A stretch of DNA of 64,000 nt, taken from NCBI GenBank assembly GCA_001179505.1, contig CDMY01000448.1, positions 1-64,000 of the forward strand, in the 5' to 3' direction. Under the pieces are notes generated by a model. That model was not told where the DNA came from. It saw nothing but the letters and a program-made list of their open reading frames with translations, and did not search any database. The position numbers and the translations under genes are program-made. This DNA is from Vitrella brassicaformis CCMP3155. Its lineage: Eukaryota > Protista > Chromerida. The stretch's first letter is position 1; each line of letters opens with the position of its first letter. Positions 35,532 to 47,387 of this stretch are shown in pieces.

Positions 35532-37132
35532 TCACTCGTCATCCATGCGCCTGCCCTGGTCTATGACCTCCCTCTCTAGTCTGACTTGTCTGAGCATACC
35601 ACGGGCATGGCGGACGGTAACGGGATAGCACTCATCCACAGACACACCACCACTCACACGCCCCTCCGTCGTGTAGATCTCTATGTGTCCACGCCAAACT
35701 ATGTGTGCACGCCAAACTAGCAGGTGCGCAGCGACGGTCTCATTGGGCCGGTGGCCACACAGCACCACGGTGCGTCCCGCATGTCTATACTCGTCATGCA
35801 TGTCCGCCACGATGCAGTCGCCGAAGGCCTCTGTGGCCATGAGGGACCCAAGGCGGGCATCAGTGTGTGGGACTGACGCCGTCAGGATCCTCCTCTTGCC
35901 CGCTGCTTCATGCCTGTTCCAGTAGCACATGAGGTTGTCCGTCATGAAGGCCGAGAATGACGAGTAGCGGTACCGACCGCCGTCCTCCTCGATGGCCGGG
36001 TCGTCTGTGTCGTAGGGCTGGTTGCCCGGGGCCGCATAGGCCGGCAGAATGCGGAAGCGCACATTGCCGACCTTGTGGGGATAGATGCGGTGGTGGTCGT
36101 CACTCTCGTCACTATGGTCCTGCTTGCACACACAAACACACAATCAGCGGACACCATACCCATGTGCCCCTCCCTATTGGGCAGTTCAGTCAATGCCTAC
36201 GTCGTCGTCAGGTTCCATCGGCTGCCCCCCACCGCCCGCCTCGCCGTCGCCATCGCCAATCAGGGCGTCCTGCAAACCGCCACACCATGCACCACACACA
36301 CGAGCCGTCCATCAAAGCACCACACCACATCAGTATGTCTGTTGCTGACCTGGCCACCGTCAGACGCCATGGGCCCCTCTTGGCCGTCGTCCTGAGTAAG
36401 GGGCACATGTGTGGGTGCAGTGAACACACTCATGTCTTGATGTGGCCGCCACCGACCTCCTCAGCGCCACCATTGTCCACCGGCTCGGCCAGATCATCCT
36501 CTTGCTCGCCACTCTCGTCAGGCCCACCATCCTGGAGACACAGACGCATGGCAACGGCATGACGACAGCACACGTCACTCAGGAATGTCCCCTCTGATGT
36601 GACTGACCTCGCCAGCGTCATTCTCGTTCGTCTGCTCGTATGTGGTGAGGGCCAGGCTGCCGCCCTCGTAGCTGAGCAGATGGCCGATGGTCTTGCAGAT
36701 GGCCAATGAGAGCGGCAGCTGGTGCAAGGCGGCCCTGGTGGGCCAGTGCTGCTGCACCCACTCAGCAGATATCACCAGCGGCATAGCGAGGGTCAGCCGA
36801 TAGATGGCCGCCACACGCAGGAAGCCGCCCAGCCAGGCCCACAGACGGCCACCACGCTCCAGCAGATACAGCACGCGGCACAGGTAGTCGATGCGCGAGA
36901 GGCCGCCGGGCAGCGGAGCCGCCCCAGCCGTCCCGCCATGTCTGTCGACGTCAATCAGCCCAGTGAGCTCATAGCGCCTCAGCAATGCGTCGATGCGCCG
37001 CAAGATGAAATCACAGCCGATGACGGAGGTGCCGCTGGTGTGTGACGAAGATCTGACTCGGATGGCATCACGGACGCCCAGATTGGACAGCACTCGACGC
37101 TGCCACACCTGCAGAGGCAACACATGCGCCAT
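35532..37132 (-). CDS. Lineage-specific multicopy family protein, copy 2 (5 exons, inverted relative to copies 1 and 3)
   Basis: ORFs 36575-37132 and 35532-36143 are highly similar to copy 1. The introns and three linker mini-exons are also conserved. Confidence 0.85.
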
Positions 37133-37214
37133 TTGCGGCCATTTAATTCATTCGGGAAAGAAACGCGAGCTTCAAGGCGAGCTTGGCATGGGATCGGGGG
37201 GCGACATTCCGGCT

Positions 37215-37915
37215 TCTTGAATCCACCATCTACTGTCGACATCATCATGTTGCGGCGCATCTCTCAGCGACTGATCTCTGAGCCGCAGCCATCGCCGGCA
37301 GTGCTGCGTGAGTGCGCTGATCAGCTGGTCAGGGCCCTCCCGAGTGAGAACCACGAGCAGGTCGACTTCTACTGATCCGTGTCGATGTTCTGCAACAAGT
37401 TCGCCGGCTATGCATTCACAGATCCGCCTTTCTGGCAGCAGCTGGGGGACGTACTCATCGGCGTACTCACACAGACGCAGCAGCAGCAGCGGCAGCAGCA
37501 GCGGCAGCAGCAGGAGGCCTCAGGCTCCTCATCGGCGGTGGAGATCCGATGGCTGGCGCTTATTCTCAACTCGTACGCCAGGGTGGACTTCCGNNNNNNN
37601 NNNNNNNNNNNNNNNNNNNNNNNNNNNNNNNNNNNNNNNNNNNNNNNNNNNNNNNNNNNNNNNNNNNNNNNNNNNNNNNNNNNNNNNNNNNNNNNNNNNN
37701 NNNNNNNNNNNNNNNNNNNNNNNNNNNNNNNNNNNNNNNNNNNNNNNNNNNNNNNNNNNNNNNNNNNNNNNNNNNNNNNNNNNNNNNNNNNNNNNNNNNN
37801 NNNNNNNNNNNNNNNNNNNNNNNNNNNNNNNNNNNNNNNNNNNNNNNNNNNNNNNNNNNNNNNNNNNNNNNNNNNNNNNNNNNNNNNNNNNNNCTGGTGA
37901 CGCACATCGACCGCC
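37215..37915 (+). pseudogene. Truncated duplicate of the helical-repeat/RAP-like gene at 38894-40833, with a premature stop and an assembly gap
   Basis: 37230-37593 is near-identical to ~38877-39240 but has TAC-TGA (37373-37375) in place of TAC-TGG. After the gap, 37894-37915 equals 40004-40025, then similarity ends. Confidence 0.75.
37594..37893. other. Assembly gap (300 N)
   Basis: Run of N. Confidence 1.
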
Positions 37916-38030
37916 ACCGACGTCCGTGAGGGGCTGTATACAGACAGGGTGTTGTTGGAGCATCACATCGGTCTCCACAACCCTATGCGGGTGTGGTGCA
38001 CCTCCACTGCCACCCCGTCGATGTGATAAT

Positions 38031-38061
<31 letters not shown>

Positions 38062-38139
38062 CATCGCAAGCCATGCACCGCACCCCCCACACACATTTAT
38101 TTATTCACCCCTGCACAACTCTATTCTCTCTGTCTGTGT

Positions 38140-38812
38140 GTGTCTGTCGTGCGAAGGGCCGAGCCGAGCCTGAGCGTGTCTGTGCTGTGTGTGTTCTGTG
38201 TGTGTGTGTGTGCATCCCATAGGCCCACACACACACACACATCCATCCCCCCTGCACACACACACACTCTCTCTCTCTGTCTGTGTGCAATGATGCGAAG
38301 GCGAGGCCCGAAGGGCCGAGCCGAGCATGTCTGTCTGTCTGTCTGTCTGAGTCTGTGTGTGTTGTCTGTGTGTGTGTGCATCACACACAACACCCCACAC
38401 ACAGCCACTCACCCCTGCACGCACTGGTTGTCTCTCCCTCTCTCTCTGTGTCCATGGGCTTTTGGCCAACTTGGCGATGCCGTGGAAGGACGAGTATTGA
38501 CTGTATAGCTTATCTGCAAGAAGTTCTGAAAAGTGCCAACACCCACCGCCTCGCTATTCCCCCTTTCCACCAAGTTGCACCTCTCACCACTTCAACGCAC
38601 TCACCCCATCGATACCCCCCCTGCCGCATACCCACTTCTCACACACGCAAGGCCATCCGCTCAAACTCTCCACACAGACAGCCCATCACACCAACAACCA
38701 TTCCCCGGCCTCCCCGCCCCCCTGCAATGGGAGAAAGCCCCCAAAGCGAAAGTATTAGGGTTTGTTGGGGCGCAGCAGCTGGGGCGCAGGGTTTGCGAGC
38801 TTAGACGTGCAC
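38140..38812. repeat. Dispersed element, copy Y; its 5' part contains 2-3 imperfect ~150-bp tandem units (CGAAGGGCCGAGCCGAGC...TGTGTGCATC...CCCCTGCAC...)
   Basis: Colinear with 19390-20141; tandem units visible at ~38040-38455. Confidence 0.85.
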
Positions 38813-38893
38813 GCAAGAGAATGAGCAGCATAGACCTTGGCGAAGGATTGGCTTCTTGTCCTGAATAATACACCGTCTGCTGTCGACATCATC

Positions 38894-40833
38894 ATGCTGC
38901 GGCGCATCTCTCAGCGACTGATCTCTGAGCCGCAGCCATCGCCGGCAGTGCTGCGTGAGTGCGCTGATCAGCTGGTCAGGGCCCTCCCGAGTGAGAACCA
39001 CAAGCAGGTCGACTTCTACTGGTCCGTGTCGATGTTCTGCAACAAGTTCGCCGGCTATGCATTCACAGATCCGCCTTTCTGGCAGCAGCTGGGGGACGTA
39101 CTCATCGGCGTACTCACACAGACGCAGCAGCAGCAGCGGCAGCAGCATCATAAGCAGCAGGAGGCCTCAGGCTCCTCATCGGCGGTGGAGATCCGATGGC
39201 TGGCGCTTATTCTCAACTCGTACGCCAGGGTGGACTTCCGGCACGAGAGGCTGATGGAGGTGGCGGCCAGTGTGTTGCTCCAACGCACCGCCCCATCCTT
39301 CGAAGGCACCGACGTATCTCAGCTTTGCAATGCCTTCGCCCGTCTGTCGCCGCCCCTCACGTCGCCCCATGCACCCAAGTACCTGAGGCAGCTCTGCGAC
39401 GGCCTGGCTGTGGCCGCCATGCGGCACGTGGCGGAGCTATCTGCTCAGGGCATTGCCAACATCGTCAACGCCTACGCGCGGCTGGAGGCCTTCCACCATG
39501 ACCTCTTTGTAGCTCTCGAGACGGCCGCCATGGACAAGCTCGACTCGTTCGGGCCGCAGGAGATGGCCAACGCGCTCAACGGCTACGCCAAGTTTGCCGA
39601 CAGCCGGCCGGAGGTCAAATCGCCCCGACTCTTCGACGCCTTCGGTGACCGCATCGCCGCCCGTCTGCGGGAGTTCAAGCCGCCGGAGCTTGTGATGGTA
39701 GTCAATGCGTACGCCAAAGTGGGCTTCCACCGACGGCGGCTGTTCGACCGACTCGACGAGCGGCTGCCAGAGGTGGTCGGCCATCTCAACGGCCGTGAGC
39801 TGTCCATTCTTGCTAACGGATACGCTCGCTTCTGGCGGAGATGCGACGCCCTGTTCGACCAGATCAGCGTGCGGCTGCTCTCTGCTGACCACTCACAACA
39901 GGCCGATATCCTGCGGCCGTCTGTGTGCTCTGGCATGAATCTGGCGCTGCTGCTGCACTCGTACGGTCGGCTGGCGGTTCGGCATCAAGGGGTGATATCT
40001 GTGCTGGTGACGCACATCGACCGCCGGCTGTACGAGCTTGACAGCCGCAACCTGGCGCACGTGCTGGTGTCCCTGGCCAAGCTCGATTGGCGCTGCCCGG
40101 AGGCCATGAAGAGCCGACTTGTCGCGGCGGTAGAGGGGCAACTGGGCGTGTGCAAGAAGTCCCACCACCATCAGCCCCAGCAGCACCAGCAGCGTCAGGG
40201 TCACGAAGGGATGGTCGACTTGGGGATGGTGAGCGTCACCCATGCGTTGTTGCACCCCTACTACTATGACCCGGGGCTGGTGGCTGTGCTGCTCGAGGAG
40301 CTGCACCGCAGACGAGCCATGAGCGCCTCATTTGTCCACCAGGTGAGTGAGTATGTTGTGTGTCACACGCACGTATGAGTTTTGTCAGCCGCCCGTCCCA
40401 TACGTATGTGCTACGCGTGTGTGTGTGCGGGGGGCAGATGTACGTGTGTCTGTCCCTGGTCACCCACTCTCCCCCGAGCACAACCCCCGCTGCGTCGACT
40501 CTCTCGGCATTGACCAGCCTTCTCGACCGCGTGGAGGCCGCCCACCAGAGGAATCCCGATTGTTTCGCCCTGCGACCCTCCTCGCTCCAGGATGCCGTGC
40601 AAGAGGCCATCCCGAGGTGGTGTGGTGGCTTCGTGCAGGAGGGCATCGCCGGGCCATATGTGCTGGATTTGGTGGGTCCTCCGCTGAGTTTACTGGAGAG
40701 GGGCCTTGTCGAGCATTGCAGCACAGCAGAGGGGGACGGTGTGACAGGGTGGGAACAGAAGCGAGGGACGGAGAGGGGAGGAGGGGAGCTGCCACAGTGG
40801 GCGGCGGCGGAAGAGGGCCAAGCTGTCATGTGA
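38894..40833 (+). CDS. Helical-repeat (heptatricopeptide/FASTK-like) RNA-binding protein with a RAP-like C-terminus, predicted organellar
   Basis: Repeats ~36-40 aa apart: DVSQLCNAFARL, QGIANIVNAYARL, QEMANALNGYAKF, PELVMVVNAYAKV, RELSILANGYARF, NLALLLHSYGRL, RNLAHVLVSLAKL. Second exon SSLQDAV...EGIAGPYVLDLV is RAP-like. First in-frame ATG at 38894 (MLRRISQRL). Confidence 0.8.
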
Positions 40834-41073
40834 TGTGTGTACGTGTATATGTATGTATGCGTGGGTGCGGAGAGCGTAGAGCGCAGAGACAGACAGACAG
40901 ACAGGGGACTGAGGGAGGGAGGGAGGGACGTTTGTTGACTGACTGACGGTTATTTACTGTCAATATCATGTTGATGGATGGATGGATGTTCCCTGGATGT
41001 TGGTTGACCAAACGCGCATCGCATCATCAGGTTCCTGTCCCTCCGTCCAGGCACCTTGCCCCAATTCACCCAA

Positions 41074-41373
41074 NNNNNNNNNNNNNNNNNNNNNNNNNNN
41101 NNNNNNNNNNNNNNNNNNNNNNNNNNNNNNNNNNNNNNNNNNNNNNNNNNNNNNNNNNNNNNNNNNNNNNNNNNNNNNNNNNNNNNNNNNNNNNNNNNNN
41201 NNNNNNNNNNNNNNNNNNNNNNNNNNNNNNNNNNNNNNNNNNNNNNNNNNNNNNNNNNNNNNNNNNNNNNNNNNNNNNNNNNNNNNNNNNNNNNNNNNNN
41301 NNNNNNNNNNNNNNNNNNNNNNNNNNNNNNNNNNNNNNNNNNNNNNNNNNNNNNNNNNNNNNNNNNNNNNNNN
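41074..41373. other. Assembly gap (300 N)
   Basis: Run of N. Confidence 1.
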
Positions 41374-41460
41374 CCACCACTCACGCCCACCCATCCATCC
41401 CGCAGGCAGCACCCTCTATCATCCATCATCGATCAGCCAGCCAGCCAGCCAGCCAGTTAG

Positions 41461-43052
41461 TCACACACTATCGTCCCCCTCCCCGTCCCCCCTCTTGGCA
41501 GCGGCGGTGCTACGGCGACCCAGCAACCCTCCCGTCAGCCGACTCAACAGGCCCCCCTGGTGCATGGGGGGCGACTCGTCACCATTCTCGGGGATGCGGA
41601 ACCTCGGCAAGTTCATGGCCGCACCGCCACCGCCACCAGCGGCAGCAGCAGCTGCAGGAGGGGATTCTTGCTCTGGGGTCTTTTCCTGCTCCTGCTCCTG
41701 CTCCTCGGTGGCTTCTGGCTGCTGCAGCTCGTGTGGCTGGGTGCTTGCGATGGCCTTGAATCGTGTGCGTATGATGCAGACGAAGGCGCCGAACTCGATC
41801 TGCTTGGCGTTGAGGGCCGTCACCAGGGCGGGCAGGTCAGCGATCGGGGGGTCGCACAGCAACACTGAGTGAGCAAGGGGCAGGGAGTCCACACACAGAC
41901 AGACAGACAGACAGACACACAGACAGGCAGACAACAAGTGGGTCCATGTGATGTGCGTGGCGTGTGCGTACCTTTGTATTCGGTCTCGTCGTCTTTGAGG
42001 TAGAGTTCAAAGGCGTACTCCTTGGCGTCATCGGCCGGGTGCAGGTTCGTGAAGATCACGCGCACGTGGCCCTTGCCCACGGAATCTGTGGGTGCACGTC
42101 ACATCACATGAGTGTATACCGCCAGGCACACTCGTCCGTCCGTCCATCCATCGGTCTATTGTCACCCACCTACCCACTCACCTGCAACTCGGGAGAGTTT
42201 GAGTCCGAGTTTGCGCTGGAAGCTGGATATCAGCACCTCGTACTCGGCGTGACGCTCAACCATCTTGGCCTTCTCGCGCTCGTACACTGACACAACACAA
42301 CACAACACACCACACCACACCACACATGTCCCAGCGCTTCTCTCCCTGCACGCCACGCCTGCACGTCTGCCTATCTATCTGTCTCTCTCCTCGTATCGTG
42401 GTACCTACTTACCTTTCTTTGCGCGTTCTACTTTGGCTTTCATGTGCCCCGTTTCGGTCTCGGCGTTGCGCACGTCCTCGGGCAGACGCTCCAACTTGGA
42501 CAACACATCCTAAACACACAGATAGATAGACCAGCACGCCGCCATGTGTGTGGCTGAAGGCATCTGTTGCTGGCTGTGAGCATGTTATGTTGCGGACGCT
42601 AAGCTGCTGCTGGAAGTCGGCCTCCTTCTGCTGGAAGAGGCCCTCCTCTGATAACACACACCATCAGCAACAACGTTGGCACATGGCAACACGTCTGTCT
42701 GTCTGTCTGTCTGTCTGGTGCGGTGGTCATCTCTTGGTCTTTTACTGGCTTGGTACTCCTGCAGCTTGGTCCGGTAGGCAAACACCTCCTTCTGGATCTC
42801 ACCCAACACACCTGCGCCGCGCCATGGACCCGACCCACATCCGCCCGCCACGCCATCCATCCCACCCCACTTCGATACCTTACCTTGTTTGGTGGTCTTT
42901 GAGTCCTGGCATCTCTGCTTGCCGACCTCGGCTATCTTGAGGCACTGGTCGCGGACCTTCTGTGCGACCTCGACCTCCTCCTGCAACGCATCCTTCAGCT
43001 GCTGCTGGCTTGCCAACAGCTGACGGATGAACGCTCCGTCTTGCGGTGCCAT
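41461..43052 (-). CDS. SPC25: Kinetochore Ndc80-complex subunit Spc25-like protein
   Basis: N-terminal coiled coil, then SFQRKLGLKLSRVA..GHVRVIFTNLHPADDAKEYAFELYL...CDPPIADLPALVTALNAKQIEFGAFVCIIRTRFK, matching the Spc25 RWD-like head. Confidence 0.8.
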
Positions 43053-43252
43053 TTCCCACCCCAATCTCTGTTTGTAAACTTCGTGGGCGAACTTGAAAGA
43101 CCGTTATTTCGTGGGCAGCGCAGCAGGCCATGGCCCCATTTGGATAGCGCTCGCCCATCATGATACTTAAACCCCATTTGGATAGCGTCTTTGTCGCCTG
43201 AAGCATTGATTCAGCCACTTGATTCAGCCCCAACTTGAAGGCTTGCAGAACG
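43053..43252. promoter_or_regulatory. Putative bidirectional promoter carrying paired direct-repeat motifs
   Basis: CCCCATTTGGATAGCG at 43134 and 43172; TTGATTCAGCC at 43206 and 43219; TTCGTGGGC at 43080 and 43108; AACTTGAA at 43090 and 43232; located between two divergent ATGs. Confidence 0.5.
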
Positions 43253-45389
43253 ATGATGGCCGACTCATTGGGGGCTGACGCCAACATGGACACGAAGGCT
43301 CAGCAGGTGGTCAGACAGACAGACAGACAGACAGACAGAGACCAAGACGCCACTCATGTGTCCTGTCTGTCTGTCTGTCTGTCTGTCTGTCGGGGTCAGG
43401 AGGATAAGCCAGGGCCTTCATCAGGCCCCAGTTCAGAGGTAGGCACAAATATGCATGGGAACTTGACAGGCCACCCACATGTGCAGGGCGGTGTATCTGC
43501 GTCTCTGCTCCAGGAGTGTCGTCACGATGTGCTCGACGGACGGCTGGAGTCGTTGAGAAAGTAGGCAGACATAGCGAAACGATAGAGACATGAATATGCA
43601 TCATATATGGTGTCTGTCTGCCTGTACCTTCTCCCGCAGGTCTTTGCATGAGAAGCGCAGCCGCAGTCTCAAGATATTCGAGCGCCTGTCCACTGTGGCC
43701 GACCGCATCCAGCACGTCACCTTGTGCTCCACGGCACCGGCAGCTGTGGTGATGCCCCCGCCACCCCAAGAGGAGAAAGCAGCCCCGGGCAGCAGGCAGA
43801 CCACCATAGACCGGCTGGTGGGCGAAGGGAGCCCCTTGAGTGCGTCGTCTAACGAAGAGTGAGTTACCGGAGGGATGTATTGTCTTTCATTCCTTCCATT
43901 GCCATTTCTTCTTCTTGCTGTCGGTCGGTCGGTTGGCTTCTTGCAGCTTCGCCCCGGAGAACAAAGCATCGACCAAGCCAGTCATCCCGCCGCTCAACAT
44001 GTCACGCCTGGCAGACAGCAGAGAGCCGGATCCCCCTCTGGGAGACGCGGAACGGGAAGGCCTGCTGCAGAAACAACACGAAGAGGCGGAATGCGCGCAT
44101 GCTCGGCAGGGTGACGAGGATGCCGGCGTTGATGAGAGGCGAGAGCAAGGCGGTGACGTCTCTGTCCCCTGTGGCATCCCGAGTCCATTCTTCCAGACCA
44201 AGTTGGAAGAGGAGCTGTGGACGGAGGTGTTGCGGCTGCGGCGGGAGAGCGAGGCAGACCAGGACACATGGAACACCAAGATGGCACAGGTGAGGCAGCA
44301 TGAGACACGACCACATTGGACACATTGGACAAATGGAGGATTCGACTTTTTCTCCTCTTTGCTGGGTGCAGTTTCATGAGCAGCTTTGTCGGCTGGAGGC
44401 CGACCAGGCCGAGAAACAGAGCATCATTGACCAACTAACACACACCATCCAAAATGTCCAGGTAAGGACTAGGATCATGCCTGCACCGCAAACAAGACGT
44501 CCCTCTATGTGTTGGCCGACAGGCGATTCTGGAGTCGCTCTTTGGCGAGCTGAGAGACATCCGACTGACCATTCGCGGCCTGCGCAGAAGACCTTCCTCT
44601 CCGAGAAGGGGAGGCTCGTCTCGTGTTTCTTCCGCCAACCCACGGCAGGGTCGGGCGTTGACACATTCGCCAGCCGTCAAAGAGCTGCCAGCTGTCGTGC
44701 CACGCGTCAAGGTGCCCTCAGTACCGCCATTGAAGCTGTCAGACTCCTTGAAGAAGGACAAGACAATCGACAAGGATGAGGACAGCAATGTCCTTCTTCA
44801 AGGAGCGGCTAAGACGGAAGTCACAATGTCTCCTCAGTACAGCAAGGCTGCAGCCCCTCCCGCCCTCTTTGCAGCGCCCCTCGCTCCCCCAGAGTCGCCT
44901 GTACTGTGTGTCCGCACCCCTCCGACATTCAGATCGTACAATGAGACGACAGGCCGTTCTCCGCCGCCTCTCTGGCTGATCCAGCCGCCTACCACAGCTG
45001 GCACTATGGTGCCTGAGGGTGTGGAGACGATGAGAAGCGTCCCAGATGAGGGAGTCAGGAAGACAGTCAAGGGGGGTGTGGTCCCCAAAAAGGGGCTCTT
45101 ACAAGATCGGCCGCCCTCCGCGAGGAGGGAGAAACGCCCACCACTGGCGCGATCGGTGTCTCTGCCGCCTCCGCATTATAATAGGCCCTTTCGACCGCGA
45201 TTTGTGCTGCCTCCTCCTCCGCGTCGGCCGCCGCCGCCCTTGCCCCCTGCTTACGTGGTGCGGCCGATGCCTGTGCCAGTGGTGTATATGCGGCCGGTGC
45301 CGCCTGTGGCGTATGTGTATGCGGGGGTGGACTCACGTGCAGCGGCGGGGTGTCTGGGTGCATGCAGACCGAAGCACAGAGGACGATAG
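43253..45389 (+). CDS. Hypothetical coiled-coil protein with a Pro-rich C-terminus (multi-exon)
   Basis: Spliced exons MMADSLGADANMDTKAQQ, SLHEKRSRSLKIFERL, TKLEEELWTEVLRLRRE, FHEQLCRLEADQAEKQ; last exon is ORF 44658-45389. Confidence 0.65.
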
Positions 45390-45537
45390 ACTGACAGACA
45401 GATCAATCACCCAATCAGTGTATGGATGGTATGTACACATCAGAGCGGTGCGGTCCCGGACCGGAACACACACACGGACATGCAATGCACACGCGTGAAT
45501 GTCTTGACGGACGTGGTGTCTCAAGCAAAGGGTTCAA

Positions 45538-47387
45538 TCACTGAGCCCCGCCCTCCTTCCTCTTTGCTCTATTGCCCTCACTGAGTGCCCGATAGAAGGA
45601 ATCAGCGTCCATGACTGGAGCGAGAGGGACAGACGACCACAAATGGCGCCGCTTGTTGATCGTGTGCCCGATGGTAGGCGTAGCCCCGAAGAGCCTTGCC
45701 AATGCGGGCTGATCAGTGTACTCGTCCTTGAAGGCTGTCATGGGCCCCTCTTTGCTCTTCTTCATGCACCGCACGGCCGCCACCACCTGCTTGAAGTGCT
45801 CGCGGCTGTGTCTGTCACACTTGTCGAGCCACCTTTGCACCAGCCCGTGATGAGCCTGGGCCACCACATCCACAAACGTGACCTGCGACGCAGAAGAAAA
45901 AGGCACGCAGCTGGGAGAGCCATGATTCTGTTGGGTGTGTGTGACCTGTGATGGTGGTCTGGGTATCGCCCCCGCTTCGAAAGTGTCGTCGATTTGCTTT
46001 TCGTAGGACGTGACAAAGCGGCGATCCGGCGGATAGCCGACACCAACGTCCCACGGAACGCTTTGCTTCTGAAAGGAGGAGACACATACACGAAGCCCTG
46101 ACGTGAATCACCCATGAGCCGTGGTGTGTATACCCCTTCGAGCCACCGACCCACCCATCCCACAGACCATAGCGACAGGCGCCAGCTTCCTGTATATCTT
46201 CTCGAACCTGTCATTGTTAGCAAACGCTGCGCCAACCACAGAGAGCGAGAGAGAGAGAGACAGACAGGCACAAGCATTCATCCCCATGTCATGATGGCAC
46301 AGATACACGGACAGGCAGCCGCCCGCCCACTTACCCCGTTTATGGAATTTGAAGTGCGCTCTGCTCATCGACACCCACATGTTGCCCGCAAACGAGTCTG
46401 GTGGCGTCTCGCTCATACAGTCAAATGTCCTGGCATCGCTGGTCGACTCGCTACTCTCCGCCTCTGTGGGCGCGTGTTGCGACGAGAGGAAGTGTCTCGG
46501 CGGGTAGTGGTGGTTAAGCCACGCATTAAGCGTGTTGCTGTACTGAGAAGACGTTGTGATTTCCGTCTCGGCAGCACCAGAGGAGGGAGCTCCTTTCCTC
46601 TTTGACTTTGGTCGCCGGTGACTCCGGAGCTGCAGGAAAGCAAAACAAGGCACTTGTGCATCTATGTCTTTGTGAGGTGCTCAGCTGGCGTCTGGTTGTT
46701 ACCTTCTTATCGAGAAACAGCCGGACGGGCGGAACAGCATACGAGTCTTCGCTTCTGGCCTGCCGTCCTGGCCTTCTCTCGTCAGGCAGAGAGCGGGCAC
46801 CGATGGACGGCAGGTGGCCCTTCTCTTGGTGCAGGCTTGCTGGTGAGCTGTGGGCAGGGACGGCCGCCTGCCGCTGCACTGTCATACCGGCGTGGGGAGG
46901 AGGGAATGTCTTGGTGCGCCTGTGGAGGGAGGGGGTGCTCCTGTCATCACAAAGGAGAATTGTGTCTTTTGGGGCGGTTTGTCCTCCTCACTCACTCACT
47001 CACCCACTCATTGACTCACTTTGTCTGCGGCGGCGCCTTCGTGAGCGTTTTTGTGAGCGCGTTGTCCTTCTTGGGGCTGCCGGGCACAGACGCTGCTTCT
47101 GCGCGTGTCTCAGCCTGCTCCTCCCCCCTCTGTATGGCGCCGTGTACGGTGAGCAGGGAGTCGAGCATGCCCAGGAAACGCCGCTGCTCCAACTCGCTCC
47201 GCCATTTCTGCAAGAGAGAGGACCGCACTGACACTGACTCATCCGCCAAACATGAATGGGTGTACATGCATTGCTTCGTCATGACGGTGCGTACGTGCCA
47301 CTCCAGAAGTGAGGGCAGCTCTTCCTTGAACAGAGTTGTCACGAACGACTCGCGGCAAGACTTGATTGACTCTCGCTCGGCGGCCAT
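45538..47387 (-). CDS. Hypothetical multi-exon protein with several short T/S-x-(Y/F) motifs
   Basis: Exons MAAERESIKSCRESFVTTLF, KWRSELEQRRFLGML, TTSSQYSNTLNAW..VSMSRAHFKF, RRFVTSYEKQIDDTF, TAFKDEYTD...KEGGAQ*; the introns are GT-AG. Confidence 0.6.

Noticed and set aside
37308-38222. Long ORFs containing X runs here and at 40950-41872
   Set aside because: Artefacts of translating through N gaps.
38040-38455. Repeated CGAAGGGCCGAGCCGAGC units as a CRISPR-like array
   Set aside because: Only 2-3 imperfect units, the intervening sequences are mutually similar microsatellites rather than unique spacers, there are no cas genes, and the context is eukaryotic.
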